A stretch of DNA of 64,000 nucleotides, taken from positions 1,203,435 to 1,267,434 of the forward strand of contig JBGAHS010000002.1 of the NCBI GenBank assembly GCA_044226015.1. Direction: 5' to 3'. The position numbers were made by a program, and so were the translations under genes. This DNA comes from Candidatus Obscuribacteraceae bacterium (GTDB lineage: Bacteria; Cyanobacteriota; Vampirovibrionia; Obscuribacterales; Obscuribacteraceae). The notes beneath the pieces were generated by a model. It ran no database searches and was not told the origin of the DNA. It saw nothing but the letters and a program-made list of their open reading frames with translations. Numbering within the stretch: the first letter of the stretch is position 1; every line of letters begins with the position of its first letter. Positions 17,362 through 26,441 of the stretch are shown here, in pieces.

Positions 17362-17838
17362 ATGAAGCGCTTTGCTCTGGTACTTTTGTCTCTAGTTTCG
17401 TTCGGGCTTGTTGGCTGTGGAAACAATAGACACTTCGATGAAATCCCAAGCTTCGGCGAAAGCAAATTCGAGCAACTCGACCGCAATCACGACGGAACAG
17501 TTGTCGAAAGCGAACTTCTGGAAGCAGCGACTGCGCCTGAATTCAACGAATCCGAACGAGAACTCATCAAGTCAATACACGAGAATATCGCGGGAATCGG
17601 CCACATCACAGCAAGCGAGGAGTTCACTCACGAAGCTTCGGATGGCGGAACGTTCGTAAAAGTGCATCATTCCCACGGGATAGATCAGTTTGAGTTTAAG
17701 GAACTCGGCGAAAATCAGCAGATTAGACGAACAAACATGAAAGTACTGCTGCTTGTGTACATCGTGATTTGTCTAACAATTTCTACGGGCATGTGCTTTG
17801 GAGAGCGGATGCAAAAGGAACGACAAGGCGCGTCATGA
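17362..17838 (+). CDS. Lipoprotein with EF-hand-like loop and C-terminal TM
   Basis: Signal peptide with LVGC lipobox; DRNHDGTVVESE (DxNxDGxxxxxE); hydrophobic C-terminal segment. Confidence 0.7.
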   Translation: MKRFALVLLSLVSFGLVGCGNNRHFDEIPSFGESKFEQLDRNHDGTVVESELLEAATAPEFNESERELIKSIHENIAGIGHITASEEFTHEASDGGTFVKVHHSHGIDQFEFKELGENQQIRRTNMKVLLLVYIVICLTISTGMCFGERMQKERQGAS

Positions 17839-18100
17839 TCACTCCGTCCTCATGTGCTTAAGCCTTTTCCGCTGAACCTACACAAAATGCAGGGAGACAG
17901 GATCAGAAATCCTCCTCCCTGATTTACTCCTCGAAATACCAATTAGTGGCAAGCTGCCTGGTTTTTCGAGGAGACTTTCATAAACGATTATAAAAACAGC
18001 ACACCTACTACTCGCATTAGTACCCGAGTCCTGAAATAAAGTAGCAAAGAAGACCAAGTTCAAAAGTCCTCGTAGAGCATTTCAGAAGATGGAAAGCGAA

Positions 18101-18134
18101 GAGGGCGGGACAAGCTTACGCTCATCCCGCCCTC
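18101..18134 (-). terminator. Terminator downstream of 18173-20026
   Basis: gagggcggga...tcccgccctc; T-rich tract follows on the minus strand. Confidence 0.55.
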
Positions 18135-18172
18135 CCGCATCAGCTCAGTTTAGCCATAAGCCAAACTAAAGC

Positions 18173-20026
18173 TTAGTTCCACGGTGCCTTGAAATCAGGA
18201 GCAGGCCCGAAGTCAGCGCCACCACCATTGGTGCCGTTCAAATCGGGTTGCCACAGACCTCCGGCCGAGGTGGCACGCTTGCTGACAAAACCGTCGACCC
18301 ATTCCGTGCAGGTTTTGTCATCGCGGTAACCGTTGTTCCAGGCAGTGCGCTGGGCAACCCGGTCGTTGCTGTTCCGCATTTGCCGCAGAAGATTGAACCA
18401 GCCAATGTTATTGACTGCCCCAAGCTCTTTGCGCAATGAACGGACAGCCTCAGAATAACCGACCTGCTCGCCAGCACGCCAGGCGCGAACAGCCGCATCG
18501 TAGCGAGCCGAAGCCTCATCGAGGTGGCTGCTAAAATTGCTGTCGCGTCGGCTTGCATCTGCACCGCTGTAGTTCCGTCCATTGATGGTGCAGCTAAAGG
18601 CGTTCCACGCGCTGCTCTGCTTGAGCTGGGTCTTCAGCTCGGACAACTCATCCCACTTCTTGTTGTCGTCGTTGACTGCCTGCTTCGCATCCTTCAACTT
18701 CTGGATGCCGTCTTCTGCGTCTCGCTTCACCTGACGCCAATCCTGCTTGGTCAAGCGAATCTGACGTTCGATGCGAGTAGAGATGTCGTTTATAACGTTG
18801 ACCTTCTGCTTCGTTGCATCAGTCAATTCGTTATGCAGACTTTGAGACAGGAAGCTCAACGGAGGGGTTCCGTTGCGATCCGCATCTTCAAAGTCACGAC
18901 GGAAGTTCTTCACGGCAACCAGCGCATCATCGTAATCACGACGAGACTGCACAGCCTCGTCGCGAACAGCGTTCAACGACTTCTCAATACTCTGACCACT
19001 GGACTTCAGGTCAGTCCAATTAGAGTGGTCTTGCTTGAGCGACTCAGCAAGGCTGTTGAGCTGATTCTTCAGCGACTCGAACTTCTGGTCAGTGCTCGTC
19101 GAAGTGAAGTTCGCATTGTCTTCCAACGAGCGCGCAACATCTCGCTGCAGACGCTGACAGTACGCAACTACCTCACGCGTTTCGCGGCGATCCTCAATGC
19201 GCTGATTAAGCGCATCCATCCGACGAGCTGCACTCACGAACTTGTGTTCGAAGTAAGCTGCCTTGACGGAAGATTCGTAGCTGCTATCGCTGCCCTCGGA
19301 CTTCTGCAAAATCGCCGTCAATTCACTCTCTACCCGCTTCTTAGAGCTGAAAGCGCGATCGATGCAAGCAGTGGCGGACGCAGCAGAAGACTTGGCGTTT
19401 TTCAGAGAAGCAGCAGCTGAACGCGGGTCACCAGCTTCCAACGCCCCATCGATACTGTCCAGTGAGCGGCGGGCAGCCGAGATGTGCGCGTCTGGGTTGT
19501 TGTCCTCCTCTTCAAGGCGCAGCTTCTCCGAGCGCGAAGAAGTACCAGGATAGTTGAGGTCGATCGTTTGCCGGCGCGCTTGCTCAACACGCTCTTCGGC
19601 ATTGCTGAGAGCGGAACGAGCGCCGCTGTCAGTCTTCACCTCGATAGCCAGATTCAGATCAGACAGCACTGATTGGAAGTGCCCCTCCGCTTCCGCGGAG
19701 ATTTTGTCGGCGGCCTGCGGGTCGCGCGAAAGTACGGTTTCCGCCGTCTTCAGCTCACGTTCAGCCGAGTCGAAGCGACTCTGGTAGGGCTGAAACTTGA
19801 GGCCGGTTCCTGAAAGGGTGCCTTGCTGTCGCAAGATTTGCGCCTGCAGCTGGTGGCAGGCAGCGATGTGCGCCTGGCTGCTGGTTTTCGCCGCCTCGAC
19901 ATTGTGCCGATGGATGGCGTAGCCGATGATGCTGCCGATGATCACAACGGCGGCGATGGCGATAGCGATGATGACGCCCTGATTCGCCTGCCCCCGTCGA
20001 TTCCGATTCGTGTTACTCATGTTCAT
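18173..20026 (-). CDS. Membrane-anchored long helical/coiled-coil protein (paralog of 6840-9056)
   Basis: N-terminal TM (VIIAIAIAAVVIIGSIIG); KQDWRQV and WFNLLRQMRNS..AWNNGY match KQDWQQL and WWLCLQLMANS..ALKHGY. Confidence 0.8.
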   Translation of the reverse strand: MNMSNTNRNRRGQANQGVIIAIAIAAVVIIGSIIGYAIHRHNVEAAKTSSQAHIAACHQLQAQILRQQGTLSGTGLKFQPYQSRFDSAERELKTAETVLSRDPQAADKISAEAEGHFQSVLSDLNLAIEVKTDSGARSALSNAEERVEQARRQTIDLNYPGTSSRSEKLRLEEEDNNPDAHISAARRSLDSIDGALEAGDPRSAAASLKNAKSSAASATACIDRAFSSKKRVESELTAILQKSEGSDSSYESSVKAAYFEHKFVSAARRMDALNQRIEDRRETREVVAYCQRLQRDVARSLEDNANFTSTSTDQKFESLKNQLNSLAESLKQDHSNWTDLKSSGQSIEKSLNAVRDEAVQSRRDYDDALVAVKNFRRDFEDADRNGTPPLSFLSQSLHNELTDATKQKVNVINDISTRIERQIRLTKQDWRQVKRDAEDGIQKLKDAKQAVNDDNKKWDELSELKTQLKQSSAWNAFSCTINGRNYSGADASRRDSNFSSHLDEASARYDAAVRAWRAGEQVGYSEAVRSLRKELGAVNNIGWFNLLRQMRNSNDRVAQRTAWNNGYRDDKTCTEWVDGFVSKRATSAGGLWQPDLNGTNGGGADFGPAPDFKAPWN

Positions 20027-20256
20027 TGAATTCTCCGGTTTGTAGAAGAAGAAACGTGTGTTCGAACTTCCGGCTCCACCTACTCAGTGGTGCCGGCTTG
20101 GCGAACTCCAGTAGTCCGCCGCTTCCGCGTTTGAACTCCCGACTCCAACTCAGTGGGCCGGTCCTGGCTAGCTCAAGAGAGCCGCCTCTTTTGCGCGGGC
20201 TGGTCAACTCCAACGGAGTTCACCAACTATGCCTCGCGCGTCGACAATCTGGCATC

Positions 20257-20862
20257 CTAATGGTGCCGTGTCACGAAGCTGCGGGATAGTTCGCCGATGG
20301 TGCGCACAGCCACCTCGCGAGCGAATTCGGCCGGGTCTGGATTCGGGTTCTCCCAATCCAACCATGACCCTGACTCCCGCAGTACACGTGCCTGATCTGC
20401 ATCGTCGAATCCTGCCGCTTTCAGCGAACGACCGACGCGCATTCCCGCCGTGTAGGTATACCGTTCGGTTCCCTCGTAATGTCGCTTACTGCGAACGACG
20501 ACCAGCACACAGTATGTGTAGGTTGGGAACCCTCTGAGATAGCGATAAGCATCCAACTGCTGTGTCGCGACTGCTGCACCATCCATGCCACCATCTTCCT
20601 GACGAGTGAACGTCACAAAGAAAGCGACTCCGTTCTTGTTACCAAGTCGGGTCAGCTGGCGCTGGAGATTGCTGCGCTCGATGAGGGGCGAGTCGTCGTC
20701 GAAAGTCCATGATGGACTGACCCAAACTCGCTGGTCGTCGAGATAATCTTTTACTCGTGGTTTCATAAATTGCTCCGGTAGACGCAATCGAAAAAACTCT
20801 TCTAGTTCTATCGATGGAACGATAGCAGCAAGTGACCGAGGACCAACATTTGTTGGATGCAT
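20257..20862 (-). CDS. TPM (TLP18.3/Psb32/MOLO-1)-like domain protein
   Basis: LQRQLTRL..KNGVAFFVTF..DGAAVA..VLVVV..RVGRSL..FDD pattern resembles the TPM fold; start uncertain. Confidence 0.55.
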   Translation of the reverse strand: MHPTNVGPRSLAAIVPSIELEEFFRLRLPEQFMKPRVKDYLDDQRVWVSPSWTFDDDSPLIERSNLQRQLTRLGNKNGVAFFVTFTRQEDGGMDGAAVATQQLDAYRYLRGFPTYTYCVLVVVRSKRHYEGTERYTYTAGMRVGRSLKAAGFDDADQARVLRESGSWLDWENPNPDPAEFAREVAVRTIGELSRSFVTRHH

Positions 20863-21338
20863 TCAGGTTCTACTGCGGTCTCGGGTGCTGGGTTTGCGTT
20901 CCTGGGCTGAGATGTAAGAGAAGAGACTCCTTACCCTCCACGTTTGACCCCTCAATATTCAAGGGTTGTAACTGTCGGAGCATAACAGCACCACGCCCTC
21001 CAGCCCAGCCAGCACAAGCGACAGCACTGTGGGACTGGCAGCGTAATGCTCCCAACTACATCACAAGAGTCGCTAGCACTAGCTATGAGGAGACCTCTTA
21101 AGCTAACTAGCGCCTTAATAATGAATCTCCTGTCATGTCCGCGCTCCAACCCATGAATACGGGAATTGAGCTTCCTGCCAAACTGTAGCAATCAAAACCA
21201 AGTAGATCCGATTTGAACCTAATTCGATCCTCTTAGCCAAGACAATATGCAAAGTCTTTCTACAGAACTATCGTCTAACCCAGAGTATTGGCATCCAAGA
21301 GGTTAAGATCAGTCCGACAATATCCGGGGATGCCAAAA

Positions 21339-22121
21339 ATGCTCAAGAATAAAACCGCACTAGTGACTGGTTCAACCAGCGGTATAGGATTGGGAATGGC
21401 TCGCAAATTAGCCATGAACGGCGCAAATGTGATTCTAAATGGATTCGGCGACCATGTAGAAATTGAAAAACTACGCACATCGATTGAAAACGAATTTTCA
21501 GTGAAAGCCGCCTACATAAACGCTGACCTGAGTAAAAGCAACGAGATAGAAACGCTCACGAATAAGGCTCTGGAACTTTTCGACAGCGTGGACATATTGG
21601 TAAACAACGCCGGAGTACAACACACTGCTTCTGTTGAAGATTTTCCCGCAGATAAGTGGGACTTGATTATCGCGCTGAATCTCTCTGCCGCCTTCCATCT
21701 GACTCGACTGCTTCTGCCAGGAATGAAGAAAAACAACTGGGGCAGAATTATCAATATCGCATCGGTTCATGGCTTGGTTGCATCTATGCAGAAAGCTGCC
21801 TATGTTGCAGCAAAGCATGGAATCGTCGGTTTAACGAAAGTAGTAGCTCTTGAATGCGCAGAAAGTGGTATCACCTGTAATGCCATTTGTCCTGGCTGGG
21901 TGCTCACGCCACTAGTGGAAAAACAAATTGAAGCACTAGCTCAACAAAGAGGAATCAGCATCGATGCGGCTTCTGATGAGCTTCTTAGCGCAAAACAACC
22001 AAGCAAGCGCTTTACCGAAATCGATCATCTTGCAGAACTAACAATTTTCCTTTGCAGTGAACATGCCTCAAACATGACGGGCGCGAGCATCCCCATGGAC
22101 GGTGCTTGGACAGCGCATTAG
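21339..22121 (+). CDS. bdhA: D-3-hydroxybutyrate dehydrogenase (SDR)
   Basis: TGSTSGIG, NNAGVQH, ASVHGL, YVAAKHG, CPGWVLTPLVEKQI, KQPS. Confidence 0.9.
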   Translation: MLKNKTALVTGSTSGIGLGMARKLAMNGANVILNGFGDHVEIEKLRTSIENEFSVKAAYINADLSKSNEIETLTNKALELFDSVDILVNNAGVQHTASVEDFPADKWDLIIALNLSAAFHLTRLLLPGMKKNNWGRIINIASVHGLVASMQKAAYVAAKHGIVGLTKVVALECAESGITCNAICPGWVLTPLVEKQIEALAQQRGISIDAASDELLSAKQPSKRFTEIDHLAELTIFLCSEHASNMTGASIPMDGAWTAH

Positions 22122-22139
22122 ACTGGCAAGCAACCCCTA

Positions 22140-23426
22140 TCACTGGTGCGGTAGTTTATCCAACTGTTTCACTATTGGCTCATCAAAGCTCTTCTTCAAT
22201 TGAAGTGCAAGGTCACGGCTGGAGTTCGCATTTACTGCCGCAATACGATCTCTAAATACACGGTACTTCTTTTCGTCTTGCTGCACCGTGTTGTATTGAA
22301 CAGCCTCATTGAGGAACTGCAAAGACTCTCCATACAAATGCATAGCCGCCAGTTCCTGTCCAAGCTTAAAGGCTACCGCTGAGTGAAAATGTGGATGCAT
22401 TGCGTAAGCCGCAGCAAGCTGAGCACAAGCATTCTTTCGATTTCCGCGAATTGAAAACAAATCGGCCAGACGAATTCTGAAAAGAGTCGAACGAAAGCCA
22501 CCGCCATTGGTGCCAGGTTCCGACAACTTAAAAGAGAGGTCGTTGATAGCGGCTTGCAGAACACGCTTATCAGCATATTCCATCAAGTCATAGACCTGGT
22601 GCTTCGCCTCTGATAGAGTTTGTGCATCGTGCTGCCAGTAGAGCCCGAGCAACGAAGGCACAATTGCCTTGTCATATTGCTTTGCTCCCAGGTAAACTCG
22701 TCCAAGCAAAAGATTCATTTCATCATCCATAGGTGACTCTTGCAAAGCTCGAGTTATGCCTTCCACCACTTCTGATTGTTTTCTTCCTGTCTTCACCAGA
22801 GCCAAGGCGTTTATGCGCAGAGCGAGCGGTTCTTTTGGGTTACGTTTGAGTTCCTGATTTACCAGACTGAGCGCAGAGCCTATTTTGCCTTCGTTGTATT
22901 CCAGCATCGCTAGCGTAGCAAAGGTGCCTGGGTAGGGGTCTGATGTCTGAATCGCTTCACTTAACTCTTTTCGAGCATTAGAAAGCGCCTTTTGCTTGCT
23001 CTCCCGGCTAAAAGTGATGGCCGCTAGATTTTTTCTGGCAGCATAGAAGAGAACAGCCGGGTCACGCGGATATTTGTCTTGCAAATAGAGAAACATCAGT
23101 GCCGAACTAAACTGGTCGTGCGCAAAAATTTTCTTAAACTGATTCAAAACAAAATCAGCGCTACTTTTATCAGCCGCTGCATACTGGTCGTTAGCCAGTC
23201 CGTAGAGACCTTTGCTCGCCAGAGCCTCCCCCGCCGTGAGACAGGTAAAGGGGTCAGCAGGATTCTTGCTCAATTCTGTAGACAGAAAGTTAATGTCAGA
23301 ATCTGTCGCCTTTAGCCCCCTCGACAGTCGTGACCTCAATTCGTCGACCCCCGGAGAGGCCAAAACAGCCATATGTCCAGAAAGGATCATTAGAAATATA
23401 GAGAATAGTTGACACCCTTTTTTCAA
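22140..23426 (-). CDS. Exported TPR-repeat protein
   Basis: Signal peptide; TPR-like helices (ALQESPMDDEMNLLLGRVYL). Confidence 0.75.
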   Translation of the reverse strand: MKKGCQLFSIFLMILSGHMAVLASPGVDELRSRLSRGLKATDSDINFLSTELSKNPADPFTCLTAGEALASKGLYGLANDQYAAADKSSADFVLNQFKKIFAHDQFSSALMFLYLQDKYPRDPAVLFYAARKNLAAITFSRESKQKALSNARKELSEAIQTSDPYPGTFATLAMLEYNEGKIGSALSLVNQELKRNPKEPLALRINALALVKTGRKQSEVVEGITRALQESPMDDEMNLLLGRVYLGAKQYDKAIVPSLLGLYWQHDAQTLSEAKHQVYDLMEYADKRVLQAAINDLSFKLSEPGTNGGGFRSTLFRIRLADLFSIRGNRKNACAQLAAAYAMHPHFHSAVAFKLGQELAAMHLYGESLQFLNEAVQYNTVQQDEKKYRVFRDRIAAVNANSSRDLALQLKKSFDEPIVKQLDKLPHQ

Positions 23427-23584
23427 ACGAAATCCCTCTTCTCTTTAGAATCAAGCTTTTCAGGCTTCTGAGTCTAGCAGATGTCTAAGTCGGGCTCAAT
23501 TGACAAAACAAGGCTGGTAAGCTACAAAATTAAATAGGGTTAATAATTATCACAGTCTGTTCCTTATCCGGGGCTCTCACCTTT

Positions 23585-25858
23585 ATGAAGACTCGTGCAA
23601 AACAGGGTTCTACACTCTCTTTGGTTGTGGCGTGCACCATCGTCCTAGTCTTACTAGGCATTGGCTTTATAGCACTTACATTTCTTTTTGGTGGTCATCG
23701 CGAAGCGCAACACGCTGCCGACTCTGGCAGCTTGAACGTTTCCAAACGAGCAATTTTGTCTCCGGCGGTGCAATCATCCGCCTTAGAGTCAGACGTGGGG
23801 CGTGCTATGGCAGCCAACTTGTCTGCGCCAAATGGCTCAAACATCAACATGGGCACGGGAGTGAACTTGTTGAGCTTCAACCGCATGGTCGCTCAAGCCA
23901 TGTTGGTCGCTCTTAACGCCGAGGCAGAAGGCCAGGGTCAAGCGAACGCCCAACAAGCCTTCAATTTCGTCGAAGGTAGTGCTGGCAGTATCGGTGCTCA
24001 GTTGAAGACACTGTTGAGCGACAACAGTGCTGGAGCCTGGGCTGAAGACGACTACAACGAAGTCAGCGGAAACGTACTGAAGATGTTGGGCGGCCAGGGC
24101 GCCCCCACATACAATCCGGCAGACTTCCAAGTCGCCTACATGAACCAGAGAGCTAACGATTTCACTGGTACCAACGTTGATATGTCGGCATTCGACCCCT
24201 CATCAACGACGTACAGAAACGAGATACTGCCCATAAAGGACTACACCGATCCAAATCAAAGAAACAACTTCAACTCGAAGTCTTTCGTGAAGGGTTCGGG
24301 CAGTTCTGCCAACGTATCATTCCTGGCAGGTTTCACAACGATAACCACGGCTGGCTGCAATTTCATGGGAGTTCCAACCAACCCGGGAATGCAACCTCAC
24401 CTTGAGTCTACCAACCTCTTCAGCCAGGAAACATCTCAACCAGGTCAGGGCTCTGTGTACCTGCCTCCTAACGCCTTCAGGATCGGTGGCACGGCAACAG
24501 CCACCCCAGCCCAGGACAATGGAATGACAAAGGCTCACGTTGTGTCTGTGTCAATGATCGGCACTCCGCAGACTCCATTCCCTCTGCAGATTCCAGGCGG
24601 CTACATCGTCATCGACAATTCAGCCACCCAGAACTTCTCCGGACACACTCCAAATACAGATAACGTCGCAGCCCACGAACTGGGCACGGGCATCCTTGTA
24701 GATAAAGCAACAGGTTACTTCTCCTACGGTTCTGACCCGAATGGAAAAGGAAACTTGATCGACCAGTGGCAAACATACGACCACGATCCGAACAACTTCC
24801 AGCCCTCGGCTTCAGACCCTCCGTATCAGGGAATCTACAACTCAAGCGGAAACGCCCTAGCATCAGCAAGCGAAGCTGCGAAGATCCCCTACGTGCCCAA
24901 CCCAACTACTCCTCCATCAATTCTCTGCACTGATAACAATTCCAGTGCTCCAGGAGGAGATCCAACTTGTATTCAAGAAGCTAGTGGAACCGCATCAGTT
25001 CTGTCACCATTTGACCGTGCCTATCATCCAAACTCGCTCGCCAATGGTGGGGGCACTATGTCGACTACCGATTCAACAGCCAGCGAACTCGCCCAATGCC
25101 AGGTTATCGATCTCTATGGACCGACACCACACGGTGGTGGTCCAGCTATGGATTACAACTACAACTTCGGCCCTACCGGCATCAGACGCTATCCTAACGG
25201 ATTGCCCAGCCAGGCTAATCAATACGCATGGCAAGGTCCTCCCGGCGGCGGCTTCGGAATGTCTCCTGACTCTGTTCCAGCTTCAGTCCACACAAACTCA
25301 AGCTCAACCTGCAAAGTCACCGAAGATGGAACCATTCAACAATACTTCCAACAAGTTGAAGCTGGTAACCACATTGAGGTTGACCGCGGAGCAAGCAACA
25401 CATCAGTACTCTCATTCTTGAGACAACGCATGCTGGAAATCCTGCCGACTGCTACCGCAGCTCAGATGGATCAAATTCTGCAAACTCCTATCGGTCTGGG
25501 CAAAACCTACTTCATCTACCTGAAGAATGGTGCTCTGACGATGGATACAACAGGTCCAGCCTACAGAGGTGGTCAATCCGCAAACGCTTTACAGGCTGAT
25601 GGTTACGAACACAAAGTAAAATCAGACTACCCAATTTTGGAAGGTGTAGCAAACCCATATTACGCATATGGCATCCACGACAGATTGTTCACCACCTGGG
25701 GAAGCAACTCTAATAAAGACGACCTGCAAGGCGAAATCACAGCTACTCAAACAGCCTCATTCCAACCAGCTTCTGGTGCTTATGGACTGCTTGGTATCGT
25801 GCGGTTCACCGAAACAAGTACCGCTAGTGGAAGCCTCGGCTTCAACAACCGCGACTAG
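23585..25858 (+). CDS. TadG-like (Tad domain) large pilus-associated/surface protein
   Basis: KQGSTL + hydrophobic helix + REAQHAADSGSL, typical of Tad/TadG N-termini; G/S/T/N-rich body. Confidence 0.65.
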   Translation: MKTRAKQGSTLSLVVACTIVLVLLGIGFIALTFLFGGHREAQHAADSGSLNVSKRAILSPAVQSSALESDVGRAMAANLSAPNGSNINMGTGVNLLSFNRMVAQAMLVALNAEAEGQGQANAQQAFNFVEGSAGSIGAQLKTLLSDNSAGAWAEDDYNEVSGNVLKMLGGQGAPTYNPADFQVAYMNQRANDFTGTNVDMSAFDPSSTTYRNEILPIKDYTDPNQRNNFNSKSFVKGSGSSANVSFLAGFTTITTAGCNFMGVPTNPGMQPHLESTNLFSQETSQPGQGSVYLPPNAFRIGGTATATPAQDNGMTKAHVVSVSMIGTPQTPFPLQIPGGYIVIDNSATQNFSGHTPNTDNVAAHELGTGILVDKATGYFSYGSDPNGKGNLIDQWQTYDHDPNNFQPSASDPPYQGIYNSSGNALASASEAAKIPYVPNPTTPPSILCTDNNSSAPGGDPTCIQEASGTASVLSPFDRAYHPNSLANGGGTMSTTDSTASELAQCQVIDLYGPTPHGGGPAMDYNYNFGPTGIRRYPNGLPSQANQYAWQGPPGGGFGMSPDSVPASVHTNSSSTCKVTEDGTIQQYFQQVEAGNHIEVDRGASNTSVLSFLRQRMLEILPTATAAQMDQILQTPIGLGKTYFIYLKNGALTMDTTGPAYRGGQSANALQADGYEHKVKSDYPILEGVANPYYAYGIHDRLFTTWGSNSNKDDLQGEITATQTASFQPASGAYGLLGIVRFTETSTASGSLGFNNRD

Positions 25859-25882
25859 TTTAGCCTTAGAGGCAAAAAAACT

Positions 25883-25918
25883 GCAGGGAGGGTAGAGATA
25901 CCCTCCCTGTTTGTTATT
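25883..25918 (+). terminator. Intrinsic terminator
   Basis: gcagggagggta-gaga-taccctccctgt followed by ttgttattt. Confidence 0.7.
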
Positions 25919-25952
25919 TGATATCATCATGAAAGGTGAAGGGGGTATTATC

Positions 25953-26441
25953 GTGCGCACCTACATACTTATTCTCGCTCTGCTAAGTTCGGCTCAGCTC
26001 TGCCCTCCAGCCCATAGCCAATTTGGCGTGCCACAAAAAGAGTCACCTGCAGAAAAGCTGAAAAAATCCAAAGCGAAATTCAAGACCCAAGCGGTGACCG
26101 CGCTCAGACCAATCCCAAACGTTCCGGCATATCCTGCTCCTCAAAACGCTCAGAAGTTCATTCGAGCGCAACAATACAGCGCTCTCGGACAAGGTGATAA
26201 CTGCATCGTTCAGTCATTCTTGTTAAGGGACCCGCCTGACACAGTGCGCGAATTCTATAGAACACAGCTCACAAACAATGGGTGGATGCTTCAACCTGCC
26301 AACGCAGCAGGAACACAGCTGCTTGCCAGACGGCGCAAAGATGGTTCATCGTGCCATGTGATGGTTGCGCCTAGCCCAGAAAAAGGCTGGAAGTCTTTCG
26401 TGCAACTAAGGTACGTGCAATTCCACCCATTAGAAGATTGA
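25953..26441 (+). CDS. Exported hypothetical protein
   Basis: Probable GTG start after gggggt; signal peptide; VREFYRTQLTNNGW motif. Confidence 0.65.
   Translation: MRTYILILALLSSAQLCPPAHSQFGVPQKESPAEKLKKSKAKFKTQAVTALRPIPNVPAYPAPQNAQKFIRAQQYSALGQGDNCIVQSFLLRDPPDTVREFYRTQLTNNGWMLQPANAAGTQLLARRRKDGSSCHVMVAPSPEKGWKSFVQLRYVQFHPLED

Noticed and set aside
18524..19420. 298-aa plus-strand ORF
   Set aside because: Antisense shadow of the 617-aa gene
6840..20862. Prophage or integrative element carrying the Ubl locus
   Set aside because: No integrase, transposase, att repeats, tRNA or phage structural genes seen
23500..23530. Sigma70 promoter (TTGACA) upstream of the Tad-like gene
   Set aside because: Perfect -35 but only a weak -10 (tacaaa) at 17 bp; insufficient support
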